From Longimicrobiales bacterium (GTDB lineage Bacteria; Gemmatimonadota; Gemmatimonadetes; Longimicrobiales; Gaopeijiaceae), in contig CBDCKN010000013.1 of the NCBI GenBank assembly GCA_965218295.1, positions 352,001 through 416,000 of the forward strand: DNA of 64,000 nucleotides, written 5' to 3'. Below the pieces are notes generated by a model that saw only the letters and a list, made by a program, of their open reading frames with translations, did not search any database and had not been told where the DNA came from. This document shows, piece after piece, positions 42,398-53,263 of the stretch (its first letter is position 1; each line of letters begins with the position of its first letter). The position numbers were made by a program, and so were the translations under genes.

Positions 42398-42658
42398 TTA
42401 CGGGAGCGGATCGATCTTGCCGGTCGGTTCCAGGGCTTCGGCTCTCCGCCAGGCGACCAGCAACTCGTTGCGATGCAGAGAGGCCCATTCACTGACGAGA
42501 CCCATCGCCCTAGGGGGCAAGCTTCCTCCGACCACAGCCAGCGTCTCGATACTCAGGACTGCCTCGTGCTCGGCGTACTCGGCGTGGAAGTGTGGAGGTG
42601 TGTGGCCGCCGAAGTACATCTTGATCACGATGCCGTAGAACCGGCAGATCTCAGGCAT
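42398..42658 (-). CDS. DUF4160 protein
   Basis: MPEICRFYGIVIKMY..HTPPHFHAEY..EWASLHRNEL. Confidence 0.92.
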   Translation of the reverse strand: MPEICRFYGIVIKMYFGGHTPPHFHAEYAEHEAVLSIETLAVVGGSLPPRAMGLVSEWASLHRNELLVAWRRAEALEPTGKIDPLP

Positions 42659-42935
42659 CCACCCCGGAGCGATGAAGCTTCGGGAACACGTCACCCGCCG
42701 ACTTTCCGGTGAACCGCAAGTAGAGGGCGTCGCCGCAGAGATCGAGGCCGCCGGGCCATTCGACGCTGCCGTGCTCTCCAATCCGAACCGCCTCGAAGAC
42801 GCTGCGCTCTTGCCAGGCCTCGAAAACCCCTCGGCCACCGAGGTCGGAAAGATCGACCGCGCCCTCAGACCCGTCCTCGAACCGAAGCCACAGCCGATAG
42901 CCTTCCAGGGGTCTTACCTCTACCGGTCTGATCAT
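42651..42935 (-). CDS. DUF2442 protein
   Basis: VRPLEGYRLWLRFEDG..GVFEAW..WPGGLDLCGDALY. Confidence 0.92.
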   Translation of the reverse strand: MIRPVEVRPLEGYRLWLRFEDGSEGAVDLSDLGGRGVFEAWQERSVFEAVRIGEHGSVEWPGGLDLCGDALYLRFTGKSAGDVFPKLHRSGVDA

Positions 42936-43189
42936 CGCAGCGTCCTCTCCGACTGTGCGTGCCCCGAAGTATTCAATCGTTCTACGCCCCGACCTACGGC
43001 GAGATCCGAAAACCGGGGCTGATTTCGATCGCGAGGACCATCGATCCCAAGCTACACGCGCGCCCGAGCCGGCACCATGGTCGGTTGGGATCGGTAAGCT
43101 CCCCCTCGAGGATGCTGATCCATCACGTTGGTGCAGCGGGTGATCCAGCCCCTGACGGCGCTGATCGTTGGCGATGCCCTTCGCGATGC

Positions 43190-43280
43190 TCAGCTCTCAA
43201 GGTCCCGAAAGAGCTCCTCGGCCGTGTCGAACTCCTCCACGTCCCGTCCGGCGCGCGGAGCCCTGAGCGGTAGCACCGAC
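43190..43280 (-). pseudogene. C-terminal remnant of a RelB/DinJ-like antitoxin
   Basis: RAGRDVEEFDTAEELFRDLES-stop resembles DinJ C-termini; no N-terminus. Confidence 0.4.
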
Positions 43281-43282
43281 GG

Positions 43283-43674
43283 TCAGCGCGGAACGTCCGT
43301 CTGTGTGAAGTGGTCGCCCACGAACAGGAGCGGGCATCCAAGGACACGGAGAGCGCATAGGAAAAGTAATCTCCCAAGTTCAGGGCGGCGGAGTGGCGGC
43401 CCCTGCCAAACCTTCGGAACGCACGGCGTGCCAGATCGACATGCTCCTGGGTCAGGGGCACGACCTCGACGTTCCCGTGCTGGAGAAAGACATCCAGCTC
43501 CCGTTCCCCGTGGTCTCCATAACGGGCCTGGAGCACAGTCCCCGTCTCGACAACGGAAGCGGTGGACATCCGCCCAAGCGCCGCCTCCTCCAGAGCCGAG
43601 ACGAGGCGCTCGGCCTCGGGCTCGGCCTGAAGAATGGCCACTACCGCGGACGTGTCCAACACTACCGAGCTCAT
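43283..43674 (-). CDS. vapC: PIN-domain toxin VapC; frameshift near 43335
   Basis: VLDTSAVVAIL..GRGRHSAALNLGDYFSYAL, then PLLFVGDHFTQTDV in another frame. Confidence 0.8.
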
Positions 43675-43895
43675 GAAGGCAACCCCGCCTCGTCGTAGCC
43701 GAGGATCTCCTCGTCCGTCCGTTCGTCTCGGCGGGGGAGGGCCGCGATGCGCTCCTGGATCCGCCGGATGTCATCCCGCAGACCGCGTGTGCGCCGGCGG
43801 CCGAGGACTGATACCAGGAGTACTTGCCAATGGCCTCGGTCAGTTGTTCCGCTTTTTTGGTAGCATCAAGATCGGTTTCGCCTACTTTTTCCATG
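43671..43895 (-). pseudogene. Degenerate VapB-type antitoxin
   Basis: C-terminus IQERIAALPRRDERTDEEILGYDEAGLPS with ATGA overlap to vapC; N-terminal part out of frame or replaced. Confidence 0.65.
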
Positions 43896-43998
43896 ATGGA
43901 GGCCCTTGTCGGTGTCGGGTTTGGGCGCTCCAAGCTACGGTGGTTCTACACCAAAGGATAGGGCTTCCAAAGGCCCCTTAGACAGGGGGTTGGGGCGC

Positions 43999-44860
43999 GT
44001 GATCAAAGAATTCATAAGACGAAGCCCGGGTCTCCATCGCTTGGCCGTCAACGGCGCTCGGGCCGGGCGCCGGATGGCGGCGAAGGGGCATGCTACTGAG
44101 TTATGGATCCAAGGACGTCTACTCGCACGCGCTCTTCGCAGCAAGGACAGCGCTACCGGACCCAGCGTCCGGTTCGTGGTTTACGGTCAGGGCCGGAGCG
44201 GTATCAGTCTACTGCTGGATCTCCTCGGATCCCATCCGGAGATTCACTGCGCTGGAGAGAGCTTTAGTCCGAAAGAGCACGGACGGCTCGTCGCGCCTAG
44301 GCGCTACATCGACGCCTGCGCCGCCCTCTCACCCGCCCCGGTCTACGGGTGTAATGTCAAGATCTACCATCTCACAAGTCAACCAAGGATCGCCAAGCCG
44401 CAGGCTTTTCTGTTGAGCCTGCACGACGGGGGCTGGAAATTCGTGCGTCTGATCCGGCGCAACCTCTTCCGGAAGTCCTTGTCGTTAGTGGTGGCGAGGG
44501 CCCAGGGCAGATTCCTCCATCGCTGGGGCGATGGGGGCCAGCGACTCGAGCGGATGGCAGTTGATCCTGATCAGGTTGTGCACGCGATGCGCGAAAAAGG
44601 GGAGCATGATCGTGTGGAAGAAGAGGCGCTCGGGTCAATACCACACATGATAATAACGTACGAGCAGGATTTGCTGCACGGTGAGCGGCACCAAGCCACC
44701 TGCGATCGCGTGTTCGAGTTTCTCGACTTGTCATCCGGCCCGGTGCAAACGCAGCTGCTGAGAACAAGTAGGGCCCGCGTGTCCGACTATAATCGTGAAC
44801 CACGAGGAGCTCATCAGGGTCGTACAGGAGAACGGCTTCGAAGTCCCAAGCGAATCGTGA
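43999..44860 (+). CDS. Sulfotransferase family protein (Stf0-like); probable frameshift near 44790
   Basis: FVVYGQGRSGISLLLDLLGSHPEI..GE (5'-PSB-like), LIRRN..SL, TYEQDL; shifted frame gives IVNHEEL..stop. Confidence 0.75.
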
Positions 44861-45039
44861 TCGTGTCTACGAACCGGGGGTCAGACCCGCCAGATTTCAA
44901 AGTGGATTGACATCGCCATCGCAGCAAGAGATTATCGGCCGCCACGAAGCCCGAGGGCTTCGCTTCCGAAACACCGTCGGACGGTGCCGCGTCGTCGCGC
45001 CGGCGCCGGCGCCCCACGAGAGACGAGTGCGGGGGCTCC

Positions 45040-46200
45040 ATGATTCTGGGATTCCATTACCACCAACCGGCCATCGGCGACGCCGACGGCATTCGGATGA
45101 GCTACTTCTTAGGCTCGTTCATCGACTCCATCGCAGCGCACTTCAGCGAGGTACGCCTCTTTCTGCATACACCGAGCGCCGAGGAGGCCGAAGAGATTGG
45201 GTATCGACTCAAGAGCAAGAACGTCACCCTAGTATCCCTGGGCCCCCATTGGCGAGTTTACGTTCGACTCGCCTGCATTCCTTATTACCGATCACTGTTC
45301 CGGAGGCACTCGCACGACGTTGACGCGATGTTGTTCCGCGTGAGCACGCCCCTGCTGCCATTCGTCGCACCGTTTTTCAAGCGAAACTTCCTGTACTTCG
45401 TGAGCGACGCATCGGAGGGGATGGAAATCAACCCAAACCAACCTGCGTACCGAATGAAGCTGATCCAGTGGTGGATCCGGTACTACTGCTACCGCGAAGA
45501 ACAGGTAGCCCGTACTGCGACCTGTCTGAGCAACAGCTTGGAGCTTCAATCCAAATGGCAGAGGCAACTGGGGTCCACGATCAAGTTCATCCCCTCGACC
45601 ACCCTGCGGGAAGCAGACATTCGCCCGCTGCCCGCCCGCCCTCTGCACGACCCCATCCGTCTGCTGACGGTCGGACGGTTGAGCTTCCCCAAGGGTCTGC
45701 TCTACGTCCTCGAGGCAACATGCGTGCTCCGTGCAGGTGGACGCTCGGTGACCGTGGACGTCGTAGGAGATTTCGGACACGAGCATCGCTACAAGAGCCA
45801 GGTCCTCAGCTTCGTGGAGAAACACGAAATGACGAAGACGGTTCGTTTTCACGGCTTCGTCCAGGGCGGGGACCAGCTCTGGAAGATCTATCGCCAAGCC
45901 GACGTCTTTGTCGTCGCATCTGACAACGAGGGTTTCCCACGCGTCATCTGGGAGGCTTTGGCGAGCGCCTTACCCGTCGTCGCTACTAGAGTCGGCTCCA
46001 TCCCTCATTTGGCGGAAGGGGCGGTGACGCTCGTCGCACCGAAATCACCATCCTCGCTCGCAGAAGGAATCGCTCGCATCGTCGACGACGACACGTATCG
46101 TGAGGACCTGGTTAACGCTGGCTTCGAACGGGTCGGCTCGAACACCCTCGAGCGCCGTGGGCGCGAGCTTTCCGCCTTCATCGAAGGCGCCTTGTCGTGA
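45040..46200 (+). CDS. Glycosyltransferase family 4
   Basis: VGRLSFPKGL, ADVFVVASDNEGFPRVIWEALASALPVVATRVG. Confidence 0.9.
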   Translation: MILGFHYHQPAIGDADGIRMSYFLGSFIDSIAAHFSEVRLFLHTPSAEEAEEIGYRLKSKNVTLVSLGPHWRVYVRLACIPYYRSLFRRHSHDVDAMLFRVSTPLLPFVAPFFKRNFLYFVSDASEGMEINPNQPAYRMKLIQWWIRYYCYREEQVARTATCLSNSLELQSKWQRQLGSTIKFIPSTTLREADIRPLPARPLHDPIRLLTVGRLSFPKGLLYVLEATCVLRAGGRSVTVDVVGDFGHEHRYKSQVLSFVEKHEMTKTVRFHGFVQGGDQLWKIYRQADVFVVASDNEGFPRVIWEALASALPVVATRVGSIPHLAEGAVTLVAPKSPSSLAEGIARIVDDDTYREDLVNAGFERVGSNTLERRGRELSAFIEGALS

Positions 46201-46515
46201 CGTCCGGTCAATCGTTCGCTTCGCCCATCCCGCTCGACTTTGACCTTCAAGATCTACGTCGGTTCTTTTCTCGTCTCCAGATCGTCACCGGAAACCAATT
46301 GTGTGAACGCCTTGGGCAGGGTCTCTTCATCAGCGGCCAAGACACCGAAGCCAGGATTCAGCGGTTTTTCGCCGCACATCACGGGACGAGCTCTTGAAGG
46401 CGACCACGGAGTTGGCTAGCCACGTAGCAGTGAAGCCCGCGTGCGCAGCGCTCAGGGTCTCCCGAGCCACGTTCTACCGTCGTCTGAAGGGACGGTACGC
46501 AAGGGAAGTCCAGTG

Positions 46516-47613
46516 ATGAAAGTCGCGTTTGTCGATTTGAAGGGTCAGTATCAGTCGATTCGAGGGGAAATCGACCGTGCGATTCGCGAGGTCATCGAAC
46601 GCTCGGCATTCATCAAGGGGCCCTTCGTGACACAATTCGAGCAGTCGTTCGCCGCGTTCGTCGGGGTGGAGCACTGCATCGGAGTTGGCAACGGCACCGA
46701 CGCACTCTTCGTCACGCTGAAGGCCCTCGGCATCGGGTCTGGCGCTGAAGTCATCTGTCCGGCGAACTCGTTCGTCGCAACCTCGGAAGCGGTCACCCAG
46801 GCCGGCGCCCAAGTGATCTTCGTCGACTGCGATCCAGGGACGCGAAACATCGACGTGTCGAAGCTCGTACCCGCGATTACGCAGAAGACTCGTGCGATCA
46901 TTCCCGTGCATCTTTACGGACAGCCTGCGGACATGGGGCCCATTCTCGACATCGCGCGGCAGCACGATCTGCGCGTCGTCGAAGACGCCGCCCAGGCCCA
47001 CGGTGCACAATATCACGGTGGCCAGGTGGGAACCTTTGGGGACGCAGCCTGTTTCAGCTTCTACCCCGGGAAGAACCTCGGGGCCTACGGTGACGGCGGG
47101 GCTGTGGTCACCGGAGATCCCAGGCTTGCAGAGCGCGTGCGAATGTGGGCGAACCACGGGCGCAAGGACAAGTACGACCACGAGTTTGGGGGCACCAACA
47201 GCCGTCTCGACGGCCTCCAGGCCGCCATCCTCTCGGTGAAGCTCAAGCACTTACCGGATTGGATCGACCGTCGGCGGGCAGCCGCCAGTCGCTATGACCG
47301 GGCCTTCGAAAGTAGACTGGAAACGCCCCGGGTGCTTGAGAATGCGATGGCCGTTTACCACCTCTACGTGGTCCTCGTCGACGACCGCGATCGGGTGCGG
47401 GCCAGTCTCGCCGAGCGCGGGATCGCCACCAGGGTGCATTACCCTATTCCCCTCCCATCGCTAGAGGCCTACAAACACCTCGGCCACACCGCCAGCGATT
47501 TCCCCGTCGCGACGGCCGACGCCCCCCGCCTCCTGAGCCTTCCTATGCACGAAATGATGGAGGACGCGCAGGTCGACCACGTTGTCGAGTCGGTGTTCGA
47601 GGTGCTCGGGTGA
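46516..47613 (+). CDS. DegT/DnrJ/EryC1/StrS aminotransferase (WbpE-like)
   Basis: GNGTDAL, VHLYGQ, EDAAQAHG, SFYPGKNLGAYGDGG. Confidence 0.93.
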   Translation: MKVAFVDLKGQYQSIRGEIDRAIREVIERSAFIKGPFVTQFEQSFAAFVGVEHCIGVGNGTDALFVTLKALGIGSGAEVICPANSFVATSEAVTQAGAQVIFVDCDPGTRNIDVSKLVPAITQKTRAIIPVHLYGQPADMGPILDIARQHDLRVVEDAAQAHGAQYHGGQVGTFGDAACFSFYPGKNLGAYGDGGAVVTGDPRLAERVRMWANHGRKDKYDHEFGGTNSRLDGLQAAILSVKLKHLPDWIDRRRAAASRYDRAFESRLETPRVLENAMAVYHLYVVLVDDRDRVRASLAERGIATRVHYPIPLPSLEAYKHLGHTASDFPVATADAPRLLSLPMHEMMEDAQVDHVVESVFEVLG

Positions 47614-48687
47614 GCGCGTTCGCCGGACGACATCACGATTCGTATCGCCCTCGTCGGCTGCGGCGCTATCGCGCTAAAGCACGTTGCCGCCCTGACTCGG
47701 ATCGAGAACGCCGAGATCGTCGGCGTCTTCGACAAGGACGAAGACGCCGCCAAGGCCTTCGGCGAGAAACACGACCTGGCCTGGTATCGTGATCTCGAGA
47801 CCCTGGTTGCCAGGGCTGACCCGCATCTCTTCGAAGTTCTGACGCCGTCTGGAGTCCACGCGGACAACATTCTCGAGCTTATTCGCTACGAACGCCACTT
47901 CGTGGTCGAGAAGCCGCTCGCTCTCCGACTCGATCAACTCGATCAAATCCTTGAGGCCTGCGACCGCCACGGTCTCAAGATCTTCGTGGTTCAGCAGAAC
48001 CGCTGCAATCCTCCGATCGTGAAGCTGAAAGAGGCGATCGATGGTGGTCGTTTTGGGAAGCTCGTGATGGGGACGGTGCGCGTCCGCTGGCGCCGAGATC
48101 AAGCGTATTACGATGCCAAGGCGTGGCGCGGGACTTGGGCACTTGACGGCGGAGTGCTCACGAACCAGGCGAGCCACCATATCGATATGCTGTTATGGAT
48201 GATGGGTGATGTGGAGAGCGTCGTCGCCAAGACCGCCACTCGACTCGTTGACATCGAGGCGGAAGACACGGGCGTCGCCATAGTCAAGTTCGTCTCGGGA
48301 GCGCTCGGGATCGTCGAGGCGACCACTGCCACTCGCCCCCAGGATCTCGAGGGATCCCTGAGTGTGCTCGGCGAGAAGGGCAGCGTCGTGGTAGGAGGCT
48401 TCTTCATGAACGAGCTTGTTGATTGGCATTTTGAAGACCCTCACCCCATGGACGAAGACCTCTGGGAGAAGCACGCTCAGGTCCCCGATGCTTTTGCTTG
48501 GAACCACGAGGCGTATCTCCACGGCGTCATCGACTCGTTAGGCCGGGGAGAGAGAGGGCTGGTTGACGGCCTCGAGGGACGACGCTCCATCGAGCTCATC
48601 AACGCGATTTACGAGTCCGCTGAACGTGGCAAAGAGATCTACCTGAGCTACCGCCCGCGACACAGTCGGCTGGGAGTCGCGGGGTGA
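47610..48687 (+). CDS. Gfo/Idh/MocA oxidoreductase (WbpB/WlbA-like); start out of frame near 47625
   Basis: IRIALVGCGAIA..TPSGVH..VEKP..WRGTWALDGGVLTNQASHHID. Confidence 0.85.
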
Positions 48688-48727
48688 TCGAGGGTGGCCC
48701 CGGAAAGTGTCGTCAGAGCTAGCATGC

Positions 48728-48850
48728 GGAGTGTCGATCCTCATCACGGGGGGCCGGATTCAGTAGGTCCGACCTGGCCAAGAACCTCTTGGAACTAGGT
48801 GCTGAAATCGTCATCTTGGATGACGTCGACGACTTCTACTCGCCATTGCA
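48728..48850 (+). pseudogene. N-terminal remnant of an NAD-dependent epimerase
   Basis: SILITGG / GF / SDLAKNLLELGAEIVILDDVDDFYSP, broken by indels. Confidence 0.6.
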
Positions 48851-48927
48851 AACCCTCAGGGGCGATGAAGCGATTCGTCGCCTGGATGAAGAACTCAGGT
48901 GAAGTGTGAAACGACCGTGAGCCAGCC

Positions 48928-49554
48928 ATGATCAGCGACTCGGCCGTGATCTATCCGAACGTTGAGCTCGCCGAGGACTGCGTCGTCGAGCCCTTTACCA
49001 TCGTCGGGCAGCCGCCGCGAGGCCACGAGCCAGGGGATGTGCCGACCCGGATTGGCGGTGGAGGATTGATCCGCTCCCACACGGTAATCTACGCAGGAAA
49101 CGTCATCGGAGATCGTTTCCAGTGCGGGAACAAGGCCAACATCCGGGAATTCAATGAGATAGGTGACGACGTCAGTGTGGGGACTCTTTCCGTGGTGGAG
49201 CATCACGTCAAGATCGCCGACGGGGTGCGGATCCATACGCAGGTGTTCATCCCCGAGTACAGCACGCTGGAAGAGGAGTGCTGGGTCGGCCCCAATGTGG
49301 TCTTCACCAATGCAAAGTATCCACGAAGCCCGAGCGTCAAGGACGGGTTGCTCGGCGTTCACGTGGAGCGGAGAGCCATGATCGGAGCCAATAGCACCCT
49401 GCTGCCGGGGATCCGCATCGGTGAGCACGCGCTCGTAGGTGCCGGCAGCGTGGTGACCCAGGACGTCCCCCCGTACCAAGTGTGGGTGGGGAGTCCCGCC
49501 CGCTTCCTCAAGAAGATCGAGCAACTCCCATACAAGGCGGCTCGGACCTTATGA
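48928..49554 (+). CDS. Hexapeptide-repeat N-acetyltransferase (WbpD-like)
   Basis: VGPNVVFTN..IGANSTLLPGIRIGEHALVGAGSVVTQDVP. Confidence 0.88.
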   Translation: MISDSAVIYPNVELAEDCVVEPFTIVGQPPRGHEPGDVPTRIGGGGLIRSHTVIYAGNVIGDRFQCGNKANIREFNEIGDDVSVGTLSVVEHHVKIADGVRIHTQVFIPEYSTLEEECWVGPNVVFTNAKYPRSPSVKDGLLGVHVERRAMIGANSTLLPGIRIGEHALVGAGSVVTQDVPPYQVWVGSPARFLKKIEQLPYKAARTL

Positions 49555-51419
49555 GTGGGACGGTGCGGAAGTTGGGTGCGAGGGCCCTCGACGCTTCCGT
49601 CTCAGAGTCGCCCACCCCGACGGAGCACCCGGCTTCGGATCCAGCGTCGATCACGGTGGTGATGCCATGTCGCGACGAAGAGCGACACATCGCGAGAGCA
49701 CTGCGCCACGTCCTCGACCAGGAGGGCGCGGACACCAGGTTCAAGCTCGAGGTGCTACTCGTCGACGGCCGCAGCGTCGACCGGACCCTCGAGATCGTCG
49801 CGAAAGAGTTCGGCGATGACGACCGACTTCGCGTGGTAGACAACCGGCGCCGGATCACGCCGGCCGCATTCAACCTCGGCATTCAAGCCGCCCGTGGGCG
49901 TTACATCTGTATCCTCGGGGCCCATGCCGAGATCGCGGACGACTACCTACTGCGTTGCTTGGAGACCATCGAGGCCCGGCAGGTCGACAACGTAGGTGGG
50001 CCGTGGCGGGCGCAGGAGCTAGGCTGGAGCGGGACAAAGCGGCGCTGCTGGTGGTGCTGGGTGCCATGCGAGACGGGACGAAAGAGGTGTTGGCCCTGAG
50101 AGCGGGCTACCGAGAGTCGGTCGAGTCCTGGTCCGAGGTGTTGCGGGACCTGAAGGCACGCGGCATCGAGGCGCCCCGGCTTCTGATGGCGGACGGTAAC
50201 GCTGCGATCTGGGGCGCAGTACGGCAGGTATGGCCTGAGGCGGGTGAGCAACGGTGCTGGAACCACAAGATGAGGAACGTGCTGGACCGACTACCTCAGC
50301 GGGAGCAGGGCGAGGCGAAGGATCTTCTCCGGGCCGTGGTCTACGCACCGAGCCGGGCCGAGGCCCTGAAGGCCCGCGAGGTGTTCGCCCGACGCTATAG
50401 GCCGTGGTATCCGAAAGCAGTGGACGTACTCGAGGACGACTGGGAGCGGATGGTAGCGTTCTACGACTTCCCCGAGGACCACTGGAAGCATCTACGCACG
50501 ACGAACGTGGTCGAGAGCCCGTTCGCCGCGGTACGGCTCAGGACGACAGCAGCGAAGCGGTTCAAGCGGGTCGAGAGCGCTACGGCGCTAATCTGGAAGT
50601 TGCTCTTGGTGGCTGAGAAGCGGTTCCGAAGGCTCGACGCTCCTCACCTCCTCAAGGACGTATTTGAAGGAAGAAAGTTCGAAGACGGAAAGCCCGTCTC
50701 ACACCAACAGCGGAAGAACGCCGCCTAATACGTTTACACACCTATTGACCCAACCTCGGGCGCAGGGCCACGGATACACGGGGGAAGCCATCGCCCTGGC
50801 CTTTCAGAGCCAATTCGCCGTGGGCGGGGCCCGAAGTCATGCCCTGAACTACGAAGGCTTGGTGGACTCGGTGTGGGGAGGATTCTACCGACGTGAGGTC
50901 TTCGATCGAATCGGGCACTTCGACGAACAGTTCGTGCGCAACCAGGACGACGAACTCAACCTTCGACTCGTCCGCAGCGGGGGCACCGTTTGGCAATCGA
51001 CCTCCATCCGTTACACCTACCACTGCAGGGACTCCTTGCGAGGGCTCTTTCGCCAATACCGACAGTACGGCTACTGGAAAGTGCGCGTCATCCAGAAGCA
51101 CCGCATTCCCGCGTCTGTCAGGCATCTGGTTCCAGGGACGTTCGTGCTAGGACTCGGAGCTTTGACCGTGGCCGCTCCCTTCTCCAGCGTGGCTCGTATC
51201 TCCTGGGTCGCGCTCGCACTGGGATACGCGTCTGTGGTGGTTCTGGCGTCCGCCTGGACCTGCCGCTTACGCAAGGATTGGAAGTGCCTCCCCATCATGC
51301 CCTTCGTCTTCGCCGTCTACCACTTCGGGTACGGCCTTGGATTCCTCCAGGGAGGCATGGACTTTCTGTTGCTGAGGCGCGCTCCCATGACCTCGTTTAC
51401 CGAACTCACGCGATCCTAA
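49551..51419 (+). pseudogene. GT2 glycosyltransferase (ExoA-like) interrupted by an IS256 derivative
   Basis: VVMPCRDEE..VGGPWRAQ | GHGYTGEAI..RNQDDELNLR; rejoins in frame after removing 50016-50765. Confidence 0.88.
50016..50757 (+). mobile_element. Internally deleted IS256-family element (742 bp) with 8 bp target duplication
   Basis: GGGCGCAG at 50008-50015 and 50758-50765; transposase C-half (ADG, QRCWNHKMRN, LRTTNVVES); right end TTTACACACCTATTGACCCAACCTC. Confidence 0.88.
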
Positions 51420-51430
51420 CAGACCTGCCG

Positions 51431-52090
51431 ATGAAAGCTGCGCTGCCGGCCTGCACGAAGTCGGGACTCGACGATCTCGAGGCCGTGGCACGGTGTCACG
51501 CGCGTGCCTTTCCAAGAGCCATGGCCACCCTGCAGGGACACCGGTTCACTTGCAAGATGCTGGAGTGGTACGTGGTCGCCGAGCGGGGCACGCTGTTCCA
51601 CATCCCGTTAGGTGATTCGGTCGTTGGCTACTGTGGAGGAATTCGGACCCACCGGCCCGGTCTGCCGGGAGCGTTCACCAGCATCTCTCAGTATGCCTTT
51701 TGGGCATTCGTACGATCTTATCTCACTCGCCCATGGCTCCTCCTCCATCCAGAGAATCTCAAGAAGCGCAAAGGAATCATCCGCAACGTCTTGATTCGCT
51801 TGGGGCTCCGCTCCCCGACCAACACAGTGGACCCGGCGGCTGAACGCGTGTTTCGATCCAAGTGGGGCCTTGTGGTGATCGGTGTCGATCCCCTCCAGCA
51901 CGGTGCGGGCTACGGAACGGCGATGCTCCAGGAATTCGAACGCTTGGCTCGGGAGGATGGTGCGCATTGGTTGGAGCTTTCCGTGTCCTCTTGGAATCAG
52001 AAGGCGATCGCCTCTTATGAGCGCAACGGATGGTCCGTCGCCCGTCGCGACGGCGATTCTCTTGTAATGACGAAAGAGCTCGACGGCTGA
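51431..52090 (+). CDS. GNAT family N-acetyltransferase
   Basis: IGVDPLQHGAGYGTAML..LSVSSWNQKAIASYERNGW. Confidence 0.85.
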   Translation: MKAALPACTKSGLDDLEAVARCHARAFPRAMATLQGHRFTCKMLEWYVVAERGTLFHIPLGDSVVGYCGGIRTHRPGLPGAFTSISQYAFWAFVRSYLTRPWLLLHPENLKKRKGIIRNVLIRLGLRSPTNTVDPAAERVFRSKWGLVVIGVDPLQHGAGYGTAMLQEFERLAREDGAHWLELSVSSWNQKAIASYERNGWSVARRDGDSLVMTKELDG

Positions 52091-52098
52091 CCCCTCGG

Positions 52099-53010
52099 AT
52101 GATCATCGACCTGATTCTACGAGTCGCGCAGAGGGCCGGCATTCCTTTTCGTCCGATGATCCTATGCTACCATCAGATAGATCGAGATGTTCTCGACTCC
52201 CATGTGCGTCTTCTTCGCCGTGCATTCCGCTGTGTGCGTGTAGACGAGATCACTGTCAATCACCGGAACGTCATCGCCTTCACGATGGATGACTGTCGCG
52301 CGGCAGACGTAGAAATCTGGGATCGGATCACACGGGATCACGACTTCCCCGCTACAATTTTCGTCCCCATCCGCTACCACCTCGACGGTTCTGCCCTGTG
52401 GTCGGACAAGTTGCGGGCGCTCATCAAGGCGAAGGAAGAACTCACTTGGGAGGGTCAGCGCTACTCCCTGCGATCTTCTGAGGAGCGTGCCATCTGCTTC
52501 GAAGCAGTGAAAACGGCCATTTTCCGTGGGGCAGAGAACACAACGGAGGTCGAGTCACGTCTCGACGTGCTTTTGGAACGACATGGAATCACGCTCGATC
52601 CCGGGACCTACGTCATGCGGCCAGAACGCATGCACCGCATTCTCGAGAATCCAAGGTTGTCAGTGGCGAGTCACTCGATGACGCACCCGTTCCTGGCGAA
52701 GAGCTCCGAGACGGAAATCGACAAAGAGCTCTCTGCTTCAGCGGAGTCCCTCCGCGAGCGTTACGGATCCTCAGTCGTCGACGTCTTCTGCTTCCCGTAC
52801 GGCACCATGGAGCTTATCGGATCGGTCGCGCTCGGGAAGGCCGCACGGCACTACCGGGGGTCCGTTCTCCTCGATGAGTCCGCCGTGCATCGCGCCCCCC
52901 AAGCCATGGGACGCATCGGCTTATACAACAAGGACACGCCCCTACGCCTGTTTCTGAAGATCCTCCGAGCCCAGGCCCTCGCGGTGCGGAAGGCTAACGG
53001 CCACTCCTGA
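52099..53010 (+). CDS. Polysaccharide deacetylase family protein
   Basis: ILCYHQI, FTMDD, PATIFV, SHSMTHPFL, FCFPYG. Confidence 0.88.
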   Translation: MIIDLILRVAQRAGIPFRPMILCYHQIDRDVLDSHVRLLRRAFRCVRVDEITVNHRNVIAFTMDDCRAADVEIWDRITRDHDFPATIFVPIRYHLDGSALWSDKLRALIKAKEELTWEGQRYSLRSSEERAICFEAVKTAIFRGAENTTEVESRLDVLLERHGITLDPGTYVMRPERMHRILENPRLSVASHSMTHPFLAKSSETEIDKELSASAESLRERYGSSVVDVFCFPYGTMELIGSVALGKAARHYRGSVLLDESAVHRAPQAMGRIGLYNKDTPLRLFLKILRAQALAVRKANGHS

Positions 53011-53263
53011 CTCGGCCCACCGCTCCCATCACCCGGTACAGCACTCGCACCACCCACCGCGCATAGCAGCTCGCGCTCCCACCGGGGACATCTGGTTTTG
53101 GGCGTGAACTGTAGATGTGAGCATGTGTTAGCGGCGGCCCAAACTACACAAAAGTGGCGGACGAAAGCGTCGCACTGGTTGGTTTGATGGACGACAATAT
53201 CATGAGTTAAAGACCAAGTCCGCCAGAGCGATAGGGTGCGGTTTGGCTCACGCGACTTCAAGG

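Noticed and set aside
46197..46397. 66 aa ORF after the GT4 gene
   Set aside because: No motif recognised; may be a remnant
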